Sequence record: OZ196593.1
DNA length: 64,000 nt
Direction: 5' to 3' (one strand)
Under the pieces are notes generated by a model, which searched no databases, was not told the DNA's origin, and saw only the letters and a list, made by a program, of their open reading frames with translations. Of the stretch, positions 37,308 through 46,298 are shown piece after piece. Position 1 is the stretch's first letter; the number at the start of each line of letters is the position of its first letter. The position numbers were made by a program, and so were the translations under genes.

Positions 37308-38681
37308 ATGATCATTGAATACGTTATGTCCGCTACTGGTCACGCTCGACTAGGCGCAGCACATAAACTAATGGATAAGGTCGATACGACTTATCTTCGT
37401 GACATTCTGAACGCTGCACAGAATCAAGACGGTGTACACAAAATCAGTATGCTATACAACGCATACACTGAAAAGAAAGTTGGTCATCAAATCAACGATC
37501 TCTTTGGCGATGCTGTGTACAAAGTTCACGTCGATTCTGGCGGTCTACAGATTGTCAACTTGGGTTTAGACAACACACCAGAGCTTCGTAAAGCAGTTTA
37601 CGAGAATCAAGCAGAGTCCGGTGATATCGGCATGTGCTTTGATGAAATCCCGCTGCACAATGAAGCGAAAGGCGGTGGCGCTGCTCGTATCAACACGAAA
37701 GACAAAGTATTCATGACTGATTTAGCTTATGATTACGGTGTCAAGACTGGTAAGAACATTCGAGCACAGATCGAGACATACATCGAAACTGGCAGTAAGT
37801 GCAAACCATACATCATTCTTCAAGGTAACTCAGACGAAGACTTCTTGAACTTCAGTGACGGCATTATGTCGCAACTTGAAGGCGTTGAAGATTATATCGC
37901 GGGCTGTGCTGCTGCCGATACATGTATTGGTAATGGCGTTCGTGAGTCTATCGACATGATGAGCGTCATTCGTAAGCTGAATATTCCAGAAAAAGCTAAG
38001 AAATCAGTGCATATGCTTGGGGTTGGCTCTGTTAAGCGTCTATTACCCGCTGTTGCTCTTATTCGAAGCGGTTACTTCGGTGATGACTTTCATATCAGTT
38101 ACGATTCGAGCACGCACACTGGTTGTTTGACGAATCGTGAGTACACGGACAAGCTTGGTCGACGCAAGAAGATCAGTGGTCACGGCATCATGAAAGGTGA
38201 CGTTAAGCAGCGTTCACGTGAGCTTGATGACATGCTAGATGAAGTGTACGGTCGTTTCGGTCACGTGTTACCGCGTGATAAAGAAGAGTTCAAAGAGTTC
38301 GCAACTCGCTTGTGGCTAAAAGAACTCGACAAAGAAACGATGACTGACGAAGATATCGTGTTTGAAGTTGCGTGTAACTTGTGTATAATCTTATCTCAAG
38401 TGAACAACTTCCAAGCTATCATTTCTGAGACGTTTGATCTAAACACACCGAAAGTCGCTGACTTAACAGCATTCTTCGGTGGTACAGTTGAAGAGAAAGC
38501 ACCGCAGAGTGGATTCATGCACTGGTCAAGCATTCGCAGACTAACAGTGCTTGATAAGCTGCTTGATGTTGACACAATCGAAGAGTATGATCGCTGGCAC
38601 GCGTCGTACGTTGATCGACTACCGTCGATGCGTATTCGTCGTGGCGTGACTACTGACTATCCCGATTTCAAAGTACAATAA
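37308..38681 (+). CDS. TGT/DpdA-like guanine transglycosylase
   Basis: VDSGGLQ (TGT DSGGFQ), CFDEIP, ILQG, HMLGVGS, SYDSSTH; embedded in preQ0/preQ1 operon. Confidence 0.8.
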   Translation: MIIEYVMSATGHARLGAAHKLMDKVDTTYLRDILNAAQNQDGVHKISMLYNAYTEKKVGHQINDLFGDAVYKVHVDSGGLQIVNLGLDNTPELRKAVYENQAESGDIGMCFDEIPLHNEAKGGGAARINTKDKVFMTDLAYDYGVKTGKNIRAQIETYIETGSKCKPYIILQGNSDEDFLNFSDGIMSQLEGVEDYIAGCAAADTCIGNGVRESIDMMSVIRKLNIPEKAKKSVHMLGVGSVKRLLPAVALIRSGYFGDDFHISYDSSTHTGCLTNREYTDKLGRRKKISGHGIMKGDVKQRSRELDDMLDEVYGRFGHVLPRDKEEFKEFATRLWLKELDKETMTDEDIVFEVACNLCIILSQVNNFQAIISETFDLNTPKVADLTAFFGGTVEEKAPQSGFMHWSSIRRLTVLDKLLDVDTIEEYDRWHASYVDRLPSMRIRRGVTTDYPDFKVQ

Positions 38682-38716
38682 AAAGGGTTGCTTCGGCAAC
38701 CCTTTTCGCGTATTAT
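38681..38716 (+). promoter_or_regulatory. Terminator/early-promoter hybrid, copy 3
   Basis: AAAAGGGTTGC-TTCG-GCAACCCTTTT; TTGCTT-17-TATTAT. Confidence 0.9.
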
Positions 38717-38742
38717 GCCTATACGATAATAGGAGAATTTAT

Positions 38743-39768
38743 ATGAAACGCGGTGTAGAAAGATGGAAAGAAGAGGCGAGAGAAAATGGATTAGAGTATT
38801 TAGTGAAAGTAAACAATCACGAAGCAATATATCGTTTCATAAATTGTCAGCATGAACAAAAATTACGCCCGGGTAATATCCGTCTCGGGCACTTTAAATG
38901 CTCGACGTGTCAAGACGAAAAATTGCACGAAGAAGCAAGTGAATGTGGTCTAGAGTACGTATATAGGGTCAAGGACGGTGTTTCGACATATCGATTCATC
39001 AAATGTGAACATGTTCACGAACTTCGACATGATAATGTTCGAAATGGGCACGTCAAATGCTCGACGTGTCAAGACGAAAGATTGCACGAAGAAGCAAGTG
39101 AATGTGGTCTAGAGCACGTGTCTAGAGTCAAAAACAATGTTTCAACATATCGATTTATCAAATGTGAACATGTTCACGAACTTCGACATGATAATGTTCG
39201 AAATGGGCACGTCAAATGCTCGACGTGCCAAGACAATCGGTGGAGTGAAGAAGCAAGTAAACGTGGTCTAGAGCACGTGTCTAGAGTCAAAAACAATGTT
39301 TCGACATATCGATTCATCAAATGCGGTCATATTCAAGATATACGTCGTGATAATGTTCGCAGTGGTCGATTCTTATGTAATACATGCGAAACTTCAGCAT
39401 GGGAAAAGCCATGTGGTACATATCTAATGACATTCAAGTTTGACATTTTCCGATGGTGTAAGGTAGGTAGCGCAAGTGATATCGAGTCTCGAATTAATGG
39501 CTTCGGATTACGCAATGGCGTTGAGGTATCAGTTAAATACTTCCATATTCAATCAAATCGACGCGTGGCACAAAATCAAGTCGAATATGCTTGTCACGAT
39601 AAATTCAAAGAACATAAACTCCCATGCGATTTGATGAAAGAATTCATGCAAAGTGGGTTTACTGAATGCTACCCACCCGGAATGTTTGGTACACTGTTGC
39701 ATGAAATTTCAACAAATGAAGCAGCGAATGCAGATAACCCATTCACAGATAAGCGTTTCTGCGATTAG
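38743..39768 (+). mobile_element. Free-standing homing endonuclease-like gene (Zn-binding repeats plus GIY-YIG/T5orf172-like domain)
   Basis: About four 53-aa C/H repeats, then YLMTF...CKVGSASDIESRI...VEYACH; own promoter; interrupts que operon. Confidence 0.7.
38896..39372 (+). repeat. Three tandem 159-bp coding repeats
   Basis: AAATGCTCGACGTG at 38896, 39055 and 39214. Confidence 0.95.
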
Positions 39769-39850
39769 ATGTTTACCGCGATGTGTATTCGTGATATATT
39801 AATCGCGTCTGACATGTAATATTGTCACGTTTTGTTAATTAAGGTGAAAC

Positions 39851-40762
39851 ATGAGTTCAAATTATGATCAAGTCTCTGCTATTGCGGCAGAGCATTTAGG
39901 TAAAAAAGCAGGCGATTACAGTGATTTCGTCGATATTGATACAGTCCGCCCCGATTTGCTAGTGCCAATCCCGCGTGAGCTGAATCGTACTGACTACGAC
40001 ATCACTAATGAAACGTTCGTCGGCTTTGATACATGGCATGGCTTTGAAGTGTCAGCACTGACAGAACAAGGTCTACCTGTCTCTGGTATGGCGAAAGTCG
40101 TATATCCGAGCGATAGTCCGAACATCGTTGAAAGTAAGTCGATGAAATTGTACTGGAATAGCTTCAACATGGCTAAGATTGGTACTGATCGCAATGGCGT
40201 TATGCACGCTATTCAGGTTATTGCATCACGCGACTTGTCAACTATCATCGGTGCACCAGTTCAAGTGACGTTCTTCACTGAGCGCAACACGCATCCGCAT
40301 GGCATGACTGGTTATGCTGAACTTGACAAGTACGTTTCTGATGAAGCAGTGTTCGATTCTGAGCAAGGTGCTGATGCTGATATTCTTGTCGCGTCGCATA
40401 TCAAGCGCATGAACGTGTTCACTCCGAATCTGCGTAGTAACTGTCGTGTTACACATCAACCCGATTTCGGTGATTTGTACATCTTCATGCAAGGTGAATC
40501 AACACCAACGGTTGATAGCTTAATGCAATACATCGTGTCTTTCCGTAAAGAGAATCACTTTCACGAAGAATGTGTGGAAATGATCTACAAAGCGTTGCAA
40601 GACAAGTTCAATCCAGACGATCTAATGGTCACAGCGTTGTATACGCGTCGTGGTGGTTGGAATATCTGTCCCGCTCGTGCGTCAAGCATTGAGCTGTTAC
40701 CGTCGGCTCTAAGTAGTTCCGCGGTCTCGCACACTAACGGTTCTTGTTTATTCCGTCAGTAA
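39851..40762 (+). CDS. queF: NADPH-dependent preQ0 reductase (two-domain type)
   Basis: IVESKSMKLYWNSF, LRSNCRVTHQPDFG, FHEECVE, LYTRRGG. Confidence 0.97.
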   Translation: MSSNYDQVSAIAAEHLGKKAGDYSDFVDIDTVRPDLLVPIPRELNRTDYDITNETFVGFDTWHGFEVSALTEQGLPVSGMAKVVYPSDSPNIVESKSMKLYWNSFNMAKIGTDRNGVMHAIQVIASRDLSTIIGAPVQVTFFTERNTHPHGMTGYAELDKYVSDEAVFDSEQGADADILVASHIKRMNVFTPNLRSNCRVTHQPDFGDLYIFMQGESTPTVDSLMQYIVSFRKENHFHEECVEMIYKALQDKFNPDDLMVTALYTRRGGWNICPARASSIELLPSALSSSAVSHTNGSCLFRQ

Positions 40763-40818
40763 TAAGAGATATAATGAGCATTCAATAGTGAGTGCTCATA
40801 TACTTGAGAGGTTATAAA

Positions 40819-41535
40819 ATGAAAGTAGTATCAGTTCTAAGCGGTGGCTTAGACTCAACAATCCTTACATACAAATTAGTAGACGAATACGGTGCCGACA
40901 ATGTGTTTGCATTATCGTTCTTCTATGGTCAAAAGCAGTCAATTGAGCTAGAAAAAGCTAAGTTGACCTGTCAAAAGCTCGGTATCGAGCATCGTCTAAT
41001 CGACATTTCGTTTCTTGGTGATGTAGTTGCTCCGGTGTGTGCAAACATCGTCGGTAGTGATTTAGCAATGCCGACTATTCAAGACGTTCTAGGCGACCCT
41101 CAGCCGCCAACTGAAGTCCCATATCGTAACATGCTGTTGAACACAGTAGCATTCAGCTTTGCGCAAGCTAACGACTGTCAAGCGGTGTACACTGGTATTC
41201 AAGTGCATGACGCATACGGTTATTGGGATTGTACGCAAGACTTCTTAGATGGTATGAATCAAGTGTCTAGCTTGAATCGTCAGCATGAGATTGCGCTCAT
41301 TGCACCATTTGCTCAGATGTCAAAAGCAGATGAAATCGCGATTGGTGTTAAGCTTGGCGTGCCGTTCGAAGATAGCTTAACGTGCTATGACCCGAACGAT
41401 GCAGGTGAGAGCTGTGGCAAATGTCCGTCATGTGCTGAACGCATCATGAACTTCGGAAAAGCAGGTATCAAAGACCCTGCACCGTACTCAGTAGACGTGC
41501 CGTGGGATCAAGTGTTCGCTAAGGCAGGTGTTTAA
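40819..41535 (+). CDS. queC: 7-cyano-7-deazaguanine synthase
   Basis: SGGLDST, VPYRNM, YWDCT, LTCY...SCGKCPSCAER. Confidence 0.98.
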   Translation: MKVVSVLSGGLDSTILTYKLVDEYGADNVFALSFFYGQKQSIELEKAKLTCQKLGIEHRLIDISFLGDVVAPVCANIVGSDLAMPTIQDVLGDPQPPTEVPYRNMLLNTVAFSFAQANDCQAVYTGIQVHDAYGYWDCTQDFLDGMNQVSSLNRQHEIALIAPFAQMSKADEIAIGVKLGVPFEDSLTCYDPNDAGESCGKCPSCAERIMNFGKAGIKDPAPYSVDVPWDQVFAKAGV

Positions 41536-42140
41536 TGTGCGGTCTATTCGCTGCGAAAACTAAAAAGGCGCTAGTTGAACTAGCGCAACATAACATGCAT
41601 CGTGGTTCGCGTACGCACTCAGTGACTGGCATTAAAGGCGGTCAGTTGTATGTCAATCGATACGACGGTGAGTTCAGTGCTGACAATGTACCAGACGGGT
41701 ATGACTTCTATATCTGTCACGTGCAAGCACCGACTAGTGCTCACGCAAAGTCACATCCCGCAGTTGTTGTACGCTCAGAGGGCAGACGTAACTTTGCATC
41801 ATGCGTATGGCACAATGGCATTCTGAAAGACGACTACATGAAAAAGCAGCGATATGATTGGGACACCAGACACATCGCAGACACGTTCCCGCAATCGCTC
41901 GACGAGTACGATGGTACGTTTGCTTGTTTTTACTACGCACTGCGCGAATTAAGCGTGTTTCGTAATGAGATCAGTCCGTTGTTCATGAGCGAAGATGGCG
42001 ATGCTTTCAGTAGCACACGAACAATCATAACTCCCGACGCACTTGAACCAAATAAAGTGTTTAACATCGACCTAACGTCGTTTAAAATGTCGCTTGTTAG
42101 AGAGTTCAAAACAGTAGAAAATCCCTATTTCTTTTTATGA
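41535..42140 (+). CDS. Stand-alone class II (Ntn) glutamine amidotransferase
   Basis: N-terminal (M)CGL, HRG, HVQAPT, HNGIL, RNEISPLF; coupled to queC stop. Confidence 0.85.
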   Translation: MCGLFAAKTKKALVELAQHNMHRGSRTHSVTGIKGGQLYVNRYDGEFSADNVPDGYDFYICHVQAPTSAHAKSHPAVVVRSEGRRNFASCVWHNGILKDDYMKKQRYDWDTRHIADTFPQSLDEYDGTFACFYYALRELSVFRNEISPLFMSEDGDAFSSTRTIITPDALEPNKVFNIDLTSFKMSLVREFKTVENPYFFL

Positions 42141-42149
42141 GGTAACATC

Positions 42150-42437
42150 ATGATTGATACAAACATCGACGACTTGCTGAAGACTGGCATTGTCGAATTC
42201 GAATTTGAAAAGGCTGATGGATCAGTCAAGACCGTGAAAGGCACGCGTGATTTGTCGTGTATCGCAGAAGAATTTCATCCGAAACCGCGTCCAGTTAAGC
42301 TAGACGAAGACGGTAACGAAATCAAGTACGAAAAGACCGAGAAGCAGAAAGCGACTTGTGGTTACTTTGACGTTGACGCGCAAGGCTGGCGTTCGTTCAA
42401 GCGTGCAAATCTAATCAAAGTTGTTTCGTATGACTAA
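42150..42437 (+). CDS. WYL_2/SH3-like beta-barrel protein
   Basis: VEFEFEKADGSVKTVKGT...YFDVDAQGWRSF. Confidence 0.75.
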   Translation: MIDTNIDDLLKTGIVEFEFEKADGSVKTVKGTRDLSCIAEEFHPKPRPVKLDEDGNEIKYEKTEKQKATCGYFDVDAQGWRSFKRANLIKVVSYD

Positions 42438-42636
42438 CGCATCACTCGGTGCGTTTGCTAGAGTCGGCACTGCAATTATTCACGTCAAATCTGGCGGTGA
42501 ATATGTAGTATTGCACGTCGGCAAAGCGAAAGTAAACGGTGAGTGGGTAGAAGCGATTACGTACACGAATCAAAACGGTGAAGTATTCACACGAACAGTC
42601 GATGACTTTCGTGGATTCGAATTAGCACTAATCTAA
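42430..42636 (+). CDS. Small SH3-like (DUF1653-like) protein
   Basis: HVKSGGEYVV...ITY...VFTRTVDDF. Confidence 0.55.
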   Translation: MTNASLGAFARVGTAIIHVKSGGEYVVLHVGKAKVNGEWVEAITYTNQNGEVFTRTVDDFRGFELALI

Positions 42637-42651
42637 TGTGAGAAATATATA

Positions 42652-42858
42652 ATGGCTACAGATAAAGAACTTGTTGATGAAGTAAACGACTACTGGATTG
42701 GTTGGGATGGTCGTGGTGACAATCCCGTTGAGTACGATCTGGAACACGGTCCCATGCGTAAGAAAATGCGTGACTTCATCGAACGCAAGAAAGTAACTGA
42801 CCAACGCACTGCTGAATTTGATGAAGTGCGCAACAAATATAAAAGGCGTGAAAAATGA
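42652..42858 (+). CDS. Hypothetical protein
   Basis: 68-aa ORF. Confidence 0.7.
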   Translation: MATDKELVDEVNDYWIGWDGRGDNPVEYDLEHGPMRKKMRDFIERKKVTDQRTAEFDEVRNKYKRREK

Positions 42859-43190
42859 CATTACAAGCATTTGCTCAAGGTGAGCAAGTTATTATCGATA
42901 CTAAAGCAGTACGTGAGGGTGAAGAACTATTCTCCGCAGGTGGTATCGCACTAGGTCGAGCAACACAAGGTGAAGTGCCACTACACGGTCGCGTTATCTC
43001 TGTTGGTGATGAAGTAGACACAGATGTTATTGACGTTGGCGATTCAGTTCTGTTGCCTCAAGGCAATATGAAAAACGTTCCCGACCCACGTATCATCAAG
43101 GGTGAAATCAAGCCAGATGCTGATGATCGCGAACTGTGGGTTCATACACACTACAAAAACATCGCAGTTGTATACCGCGACGAGGGCTAA
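42855..43190 (+). CDS. gp31: Co-chaperonin gp31 (GroES-like)
   Basis: AQGEQVII...GEVPLHGRVISVG...VGDSVLLP...VPDP...HYKNI. Confidence 0.93.
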   Translation: MTLQAFAQGEQVIIDTKAVREGEELFSAGGIALGRATQGEVPLHGRVISVGDEVDTDVIDVGDSVLLPQGNMKNVPDPRIIKGEIKPDADDRELWVHTHYKNIAVVYRDEG

Positions 43191-43192
43191 CA

Positions 43193-43597
43193 ATGAACGA
43201 CAATACACGTCTTATCGAAGTGACCGCAACTGGTCACTATAGCAACGCAACTGAGACACAAACGTGTTTCGTGACTACTGAGTTCATCGAGAAGTACAGC
43301 GATGCAATCGACACATTCACATACTCGTTCCATGAGCTTGACGGCAAGCATTCAGAGACTGAAGCCGATATTCATATCGTTGAAGAAGTTAAAGAAATGG
43401 CGCTTTCATGGGCTGATTCACGCGGTGAGCATTGGGCGATTACTGAAGTAATGTTCGATCACATTCGCGGCTGGGCTGATGAAGTTGATGAAGAAGATTT
43501 CGCAGCGATGATTTCACTGAACGAAGACATGAACAACACGATTGAAGTACGCACGCGCACTGAAATCACAATCGGTACTGAAACAATTACCGTATAA
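43193..43597 (+). CDS. Acidic hypothetical protein
   Basis: Start ATG 43193 after GAGGG. Confidence 0.75.
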   Translation: MNDNTRLIEVTATGHYSNATETQTCFVTTEFIEKYSDAIDTFTYSFHELDGKHSETEADIHIVEEVKEMALSWADSRGEHWAITEVMFDHIRGWADEVDEEDFAAMISLNEDMNNTIEVRTRTEITIGTETITV

Positions 43598-43636
43598 AAC
43601 GACAAAAGGGAGCTAATTGCTCCCTTTTTTAGGTCT
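43597..43636. terminator. Bidirectional terminator with ACGACAAAA / TAGGTCT flanks
   Basis: AAACGACAAAAGGGAGC-TAATT-GCTCCCTTTTTTAGGTCT. Confidence 0.9.
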
Positions 43637-44141
43637 ATTCTTCGTCTTCATAGCCATACTTGTTGCTTCTGAAGTCACAACGCGGATTGGCTAAGAAACT
43701 CTTGCGATATAGCTTCTCTAAGTCTGCTTTCTTTGCACCGTCTTTGTACTTGATGCCAAGACTATCCAGATGGTCTTTCTGCTCTTGCAGCTTCAAGCGA
43801 CTGAAGATCTTAGTTTGATCTTTCGGATGCTGTGGGTGGTAGTCATTGTCTGAATAGTCAGCGTCCAAGTATTCTACGAGATTACGTAACCACTGTAGAT
43901 AATTCATGCCACGCCCTTTAAGACCAGAGCGACCGAACTTGTGTATGATAACCCCTTCAAAAATATTACATGGGGCGCAAAGAATCCCTCTCATGTGCCC
44001 GAGTTCATGGTCATGGTCTGTATGTGGGGTTCTCTTCTCTTCGCTCAGTCTCGTACCGCACAGAGCGCATTTGTCTAACTGACTCATTGACATTTCATTA
44101 CGTACTTCGGTCAGCTCGGATTGTTTTAATTGTCTGCTCAT
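43635..44141 (-). CDS. gp49: Recombination endonuclease VII
   Basis: CALC...DHDHE...RGILCAPCNIFEG...KFGRSGLKG...YLQWL closely matches T4 gp49. Confidence 0.95.
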   Translation of the reverse strand: MSRQLKQSELTEVRNEMSMSQLDKCALCGTRLSEEKRTPHTDHDHELGHMRGILCAPCNIFEGVIIHKFGRSGLKGRGMNYLQWLRNLVEYLDADYSDNDYHPQHPKDQTKIFSRLKLQEQKDHLDSLGIKYKDGAKKADLEKLYRKSFLANPRCDFRSNKYGYEDEE

Positions 44142-44159
44142 CTTTTTCTCAAATAATAG

Positions 44160-44188
44160 TTGACTGTATTACTGTTTATATGTAATAA
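44160..44188. promoter_or_regulatory. Nested divergent promoters (plus early, minus late)
   Basis: TTGACT-17-TAATAA on plus; minus TATAAACA at 44180-44173. Confidence 0.65.
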
Positions 44189-44218
44189 TTCAGAAGCACT
44201 TTGAAAGAGGGACGAATA

Positions 44219-44479
44219 ATGAAAACAACACATTATCATCGCATACTGCTTGAATCACTCGCAATTGACTTTTTCAGCAACGTTGAAGTCGAGTACAGTG
44301 AGAACGGCAGCGAAACGTACACGGATGGAACTACTAAGTTTCAGTTCAACGACGCGGTCGATATCTGCATCATGACGAAAGCAGGTACGCCACTCAACAC
44401 CACAGATGAGACGAAAATCGAAGTCGTCATCAAATCGTTAGTAGAAAAAGCTCGTGAAGAGCGTTACATGGGAATCTAG
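44219..44479 (+). CDS. Hypothetical protein
   Basis: Start ATG 44219 after GAGGG. Confidence 0.7.
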   Translation: MKTTHYHRILLESLAIDFFSNVEVEYSENGSETYTDGTTKFQFNDAVDICIMTKAGTPLNTTDETKIEVVIKSLVEKAREERYMGI

Positions 44480-44483
44480 AAAC

Positions 44484-45470
44484 ATGTTTGTGAAATACAG
44501 ATCATTGGAAAACAGCTACCGCCAGAAGTTCGTTGACAAATGTGCCGAGCTTGGCATCGATGAGTGGGTAGCACTTGAGAAACTACACGGCGCGAACTTT
44601 GGTTTCATCGTAGCTGTAGGCGAAACGGAACTCACTGTAGAAGCGTTCAAACGCACGTCAACGCTCGAAGCGAATGCGACGGGTGATTACGACTTCTACG
44701 GCTGTACAGCTCTTGTAGAAGCACACAAGAGCAAAATGAAGCTAATCAGCGATTGGGTTTGGGGTCACTTGATGATTCAAGACGGCGAACCAGTCATCGT
44801 GTATGGTGAGCTTGCAGGTAAAGGCGTGCAGAAAGAAGTGAACTACGGTGAAAAAGACTTCTACGCGTTCGATATCTACTTGCCGAAGCGTGATCGCTAT
44901 CTCGATTGGGATGACGTTCAAGCAGCATGTAAGTTCGCTGAAGTGAATACCACCAACGAAATCGCTCGTGGTAAACTTGACAAGCTACTTGCAATCGACC
45001 CGCTGTTCCGTTCAACTCACACACCGAAAGGTATCGAGGGTGAGAACTGGGCTGAGGGCTTCGTCGTTAAGCAATTGCAAAACGAAAAGCTATTCTCTAC
45101 CGGTCAGCGTGCTATCTTGAAAGTGAAGAACGAACGCTTCAAAGAGAAGAAGAACAAAGCAGGCAGATTGCCTAAGCCACCTGCTATTTACACTGAAGAC
45201 CAAGCACAGTTACACGCTGAACTTAGTCTGTATCTTAGTGAAAATCGTCTGAAAAACGTTCTAAGTAAGTTAGAGACTGTTACACAGAAACAGTTCGGGA
45301 TGGTCAGTGGATTGCTTCTAAAAGACGCGAAAGATGAGTTCGAGCGTGATGAGCGCGACGAAGTATCAATCCCTCGCGACGATTGGGATGTGATCAGACG
45401 TTCGTTGTCTAATCTAGCTAATGAGATCGTGAGAAAGAATTGGCTAAACATTCTCGATGGTGAGTTCTAG
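44484..45470 (+). CDS. rnl2: RNA ligase 2
   Basis: FVKYRSLEN, EKLHGANF, YGEL, FYAFDI, AEGFVVK, LKVKNERFKE. Confidence 0.96.
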   Translation: MFVKYRSLENSYRQKFVDKCAELGIDEWVALEKLHGANFGFIVAVGETELTVEAFKRTSTLEANATGDYDFYGCTALVEAHKSKMKLISDWVWGHLMIQDGEPVIVYGELAGKGVQKEVNYGEKDFYAFDIYLPKRDRYLDWDDVQAACKFAEVNTTNEIARGKLDKLLAIDPLFRSTHTPKGIEGENWAEGFVVKQLQNEKLFSTGQRAILKVKNERFKEKKNKAGRLPKPPAIYTEDQAQLHAELSLYLSENRLKNVLSKLETVTQKQFGMVSGLLLKDAKDEFERDERDEVSIPRDDWDVIRRSLSNLANEIVRKNWLNILDGEF

Positions 45471-45490
45471 CACCCGAGAAAGGGGTTGCA

Positions 45491-45679
45491 TTGAAAAAGC
45501 GTCATATATTTCTATTGGCGTGCGTGTGTGGAGCAATAGCATACTTCGCTGTGCTATTCTTCGCGGCATTATTGTACGCCGGTACAATGGAAATCGCATT
45601 ATCATTCGTGATAATCGTATTCATCGTATTGCTAAATATAGCAAGAGCTGAAATACAAAATAACGACAAAGCTCCGTAA
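45491..45679 (+). CDS. Small two-TM protein
   Basis: Hydrophobic 62-aa ORF, TTG start. Confidence 0.55.
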   Translation: MKKRHIFLLACVCGAIAYFAVLFFAALLYAGTMEIALSFVIIVFIVLLNIARAEIQNNDKAP

Positions 45680-45691
45680 GGGGCTTTTTTT
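45668..45691 (+). terminator. Intrinsic terminator
   Basis: AAAGCTCC-GTAA-GGGGCTTTTTTT. Confidence 0.8.
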
Positions 45692-45705
45692 ATGCGAGAA
45701 TACAA

Positions 45706-46287
45706 ATGAAAAAATTCAATGAGTTCGCGAATGAACTAGCAGAAGCAGTCAATGACACAGTGTATCATGGCACTGCGATTGAGTATGCGATTGAAATACT
45801 TCGCCATGACAAGTTCAAGCTGAGTGATTCTAAAGGCAGTTGGTCAGATGACACGGACACTGAGATCAACCAGAAGCAAGGCAAAGACAAGCGATACTTC
45901 TTGTCTACTGCTCGTAGCTCATCTAGTCCATACATCAACGATCTTGACACGTTCATTCACTCAGAAGTGGGCGACGTTATCTTTGTTCTTGATGGTCGTA
46001 AGCTGAGTCACAACTATCGTGGTAAAGCAGTTGACTATGGTCGTGGCGATTATGCACCAGACTATGGCAATGAGCTTGAAGATCGCGTGTTCAGTAAGAA
46101 ACCAGTGTTGCCAAACGCGTCTAAGTACATCACAGAAGCACACGTGTTCATGAAATCAGAGAAGCAAGCAAGCAAGCTCGACGATTTCATGATGGAAGCT
46201 AAGAAGAAAGGCATTCCAGTGTGGGTATATGATGACAAACGCGCTTGGCAGCAAACAAATAAACGTAAGGCTGTCGAGACTCAATAG
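45706..46287 (+). CDS. ADP-ribosyltransferase-like protein with capsid-targeting-like N-terminus
   Basis: VYHGT, YFLSTARS, ELEDRV (H-S-E/ExE ART pattern); N-terminus MKKFNEFANELAE|A. Confidence 0.65.
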   Translation: MKKFNEFANELAEAVNDTVYHGTAIEYAIEILRHDKFKLSDSKGSWSDDTDTEINQKQGKDKRYFLSTARSSSSPYINDLDTFIHSEVGDVIFVLDGRKLSHNYRGKAVDYGRGDYAPDYGNELEDRVFSKKPVLPNASKYITEAHVFMKSEKQASKLDDFMMEAKKKGIPVWVYDDKRAWQQTNKRKAVETQ

Positions 46288-46298
46288 AAGAGATCAAG

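Noticed and set aside
37308-38681. Naming the transglycosylase as canonical tRNA tgt
   Set aside because: Divergent, with no evident C-terminal Zn-binding Cys cluster; context fits the DNA-acting DpdA class better, so no symbol was assigned.
38896-39372. CRISPR-like array
   Set aside because: The 159-bp units are contiguous, in frame and coding, with no unique spacers. No CRISPR array was seen elsewhere; the 45-bp repeat has only two distant copies.
45481-45514. TTGCAT early promoter before the small TM ORF
   Set aside because: No acceptable -10 box at 16-18 bp spacing.
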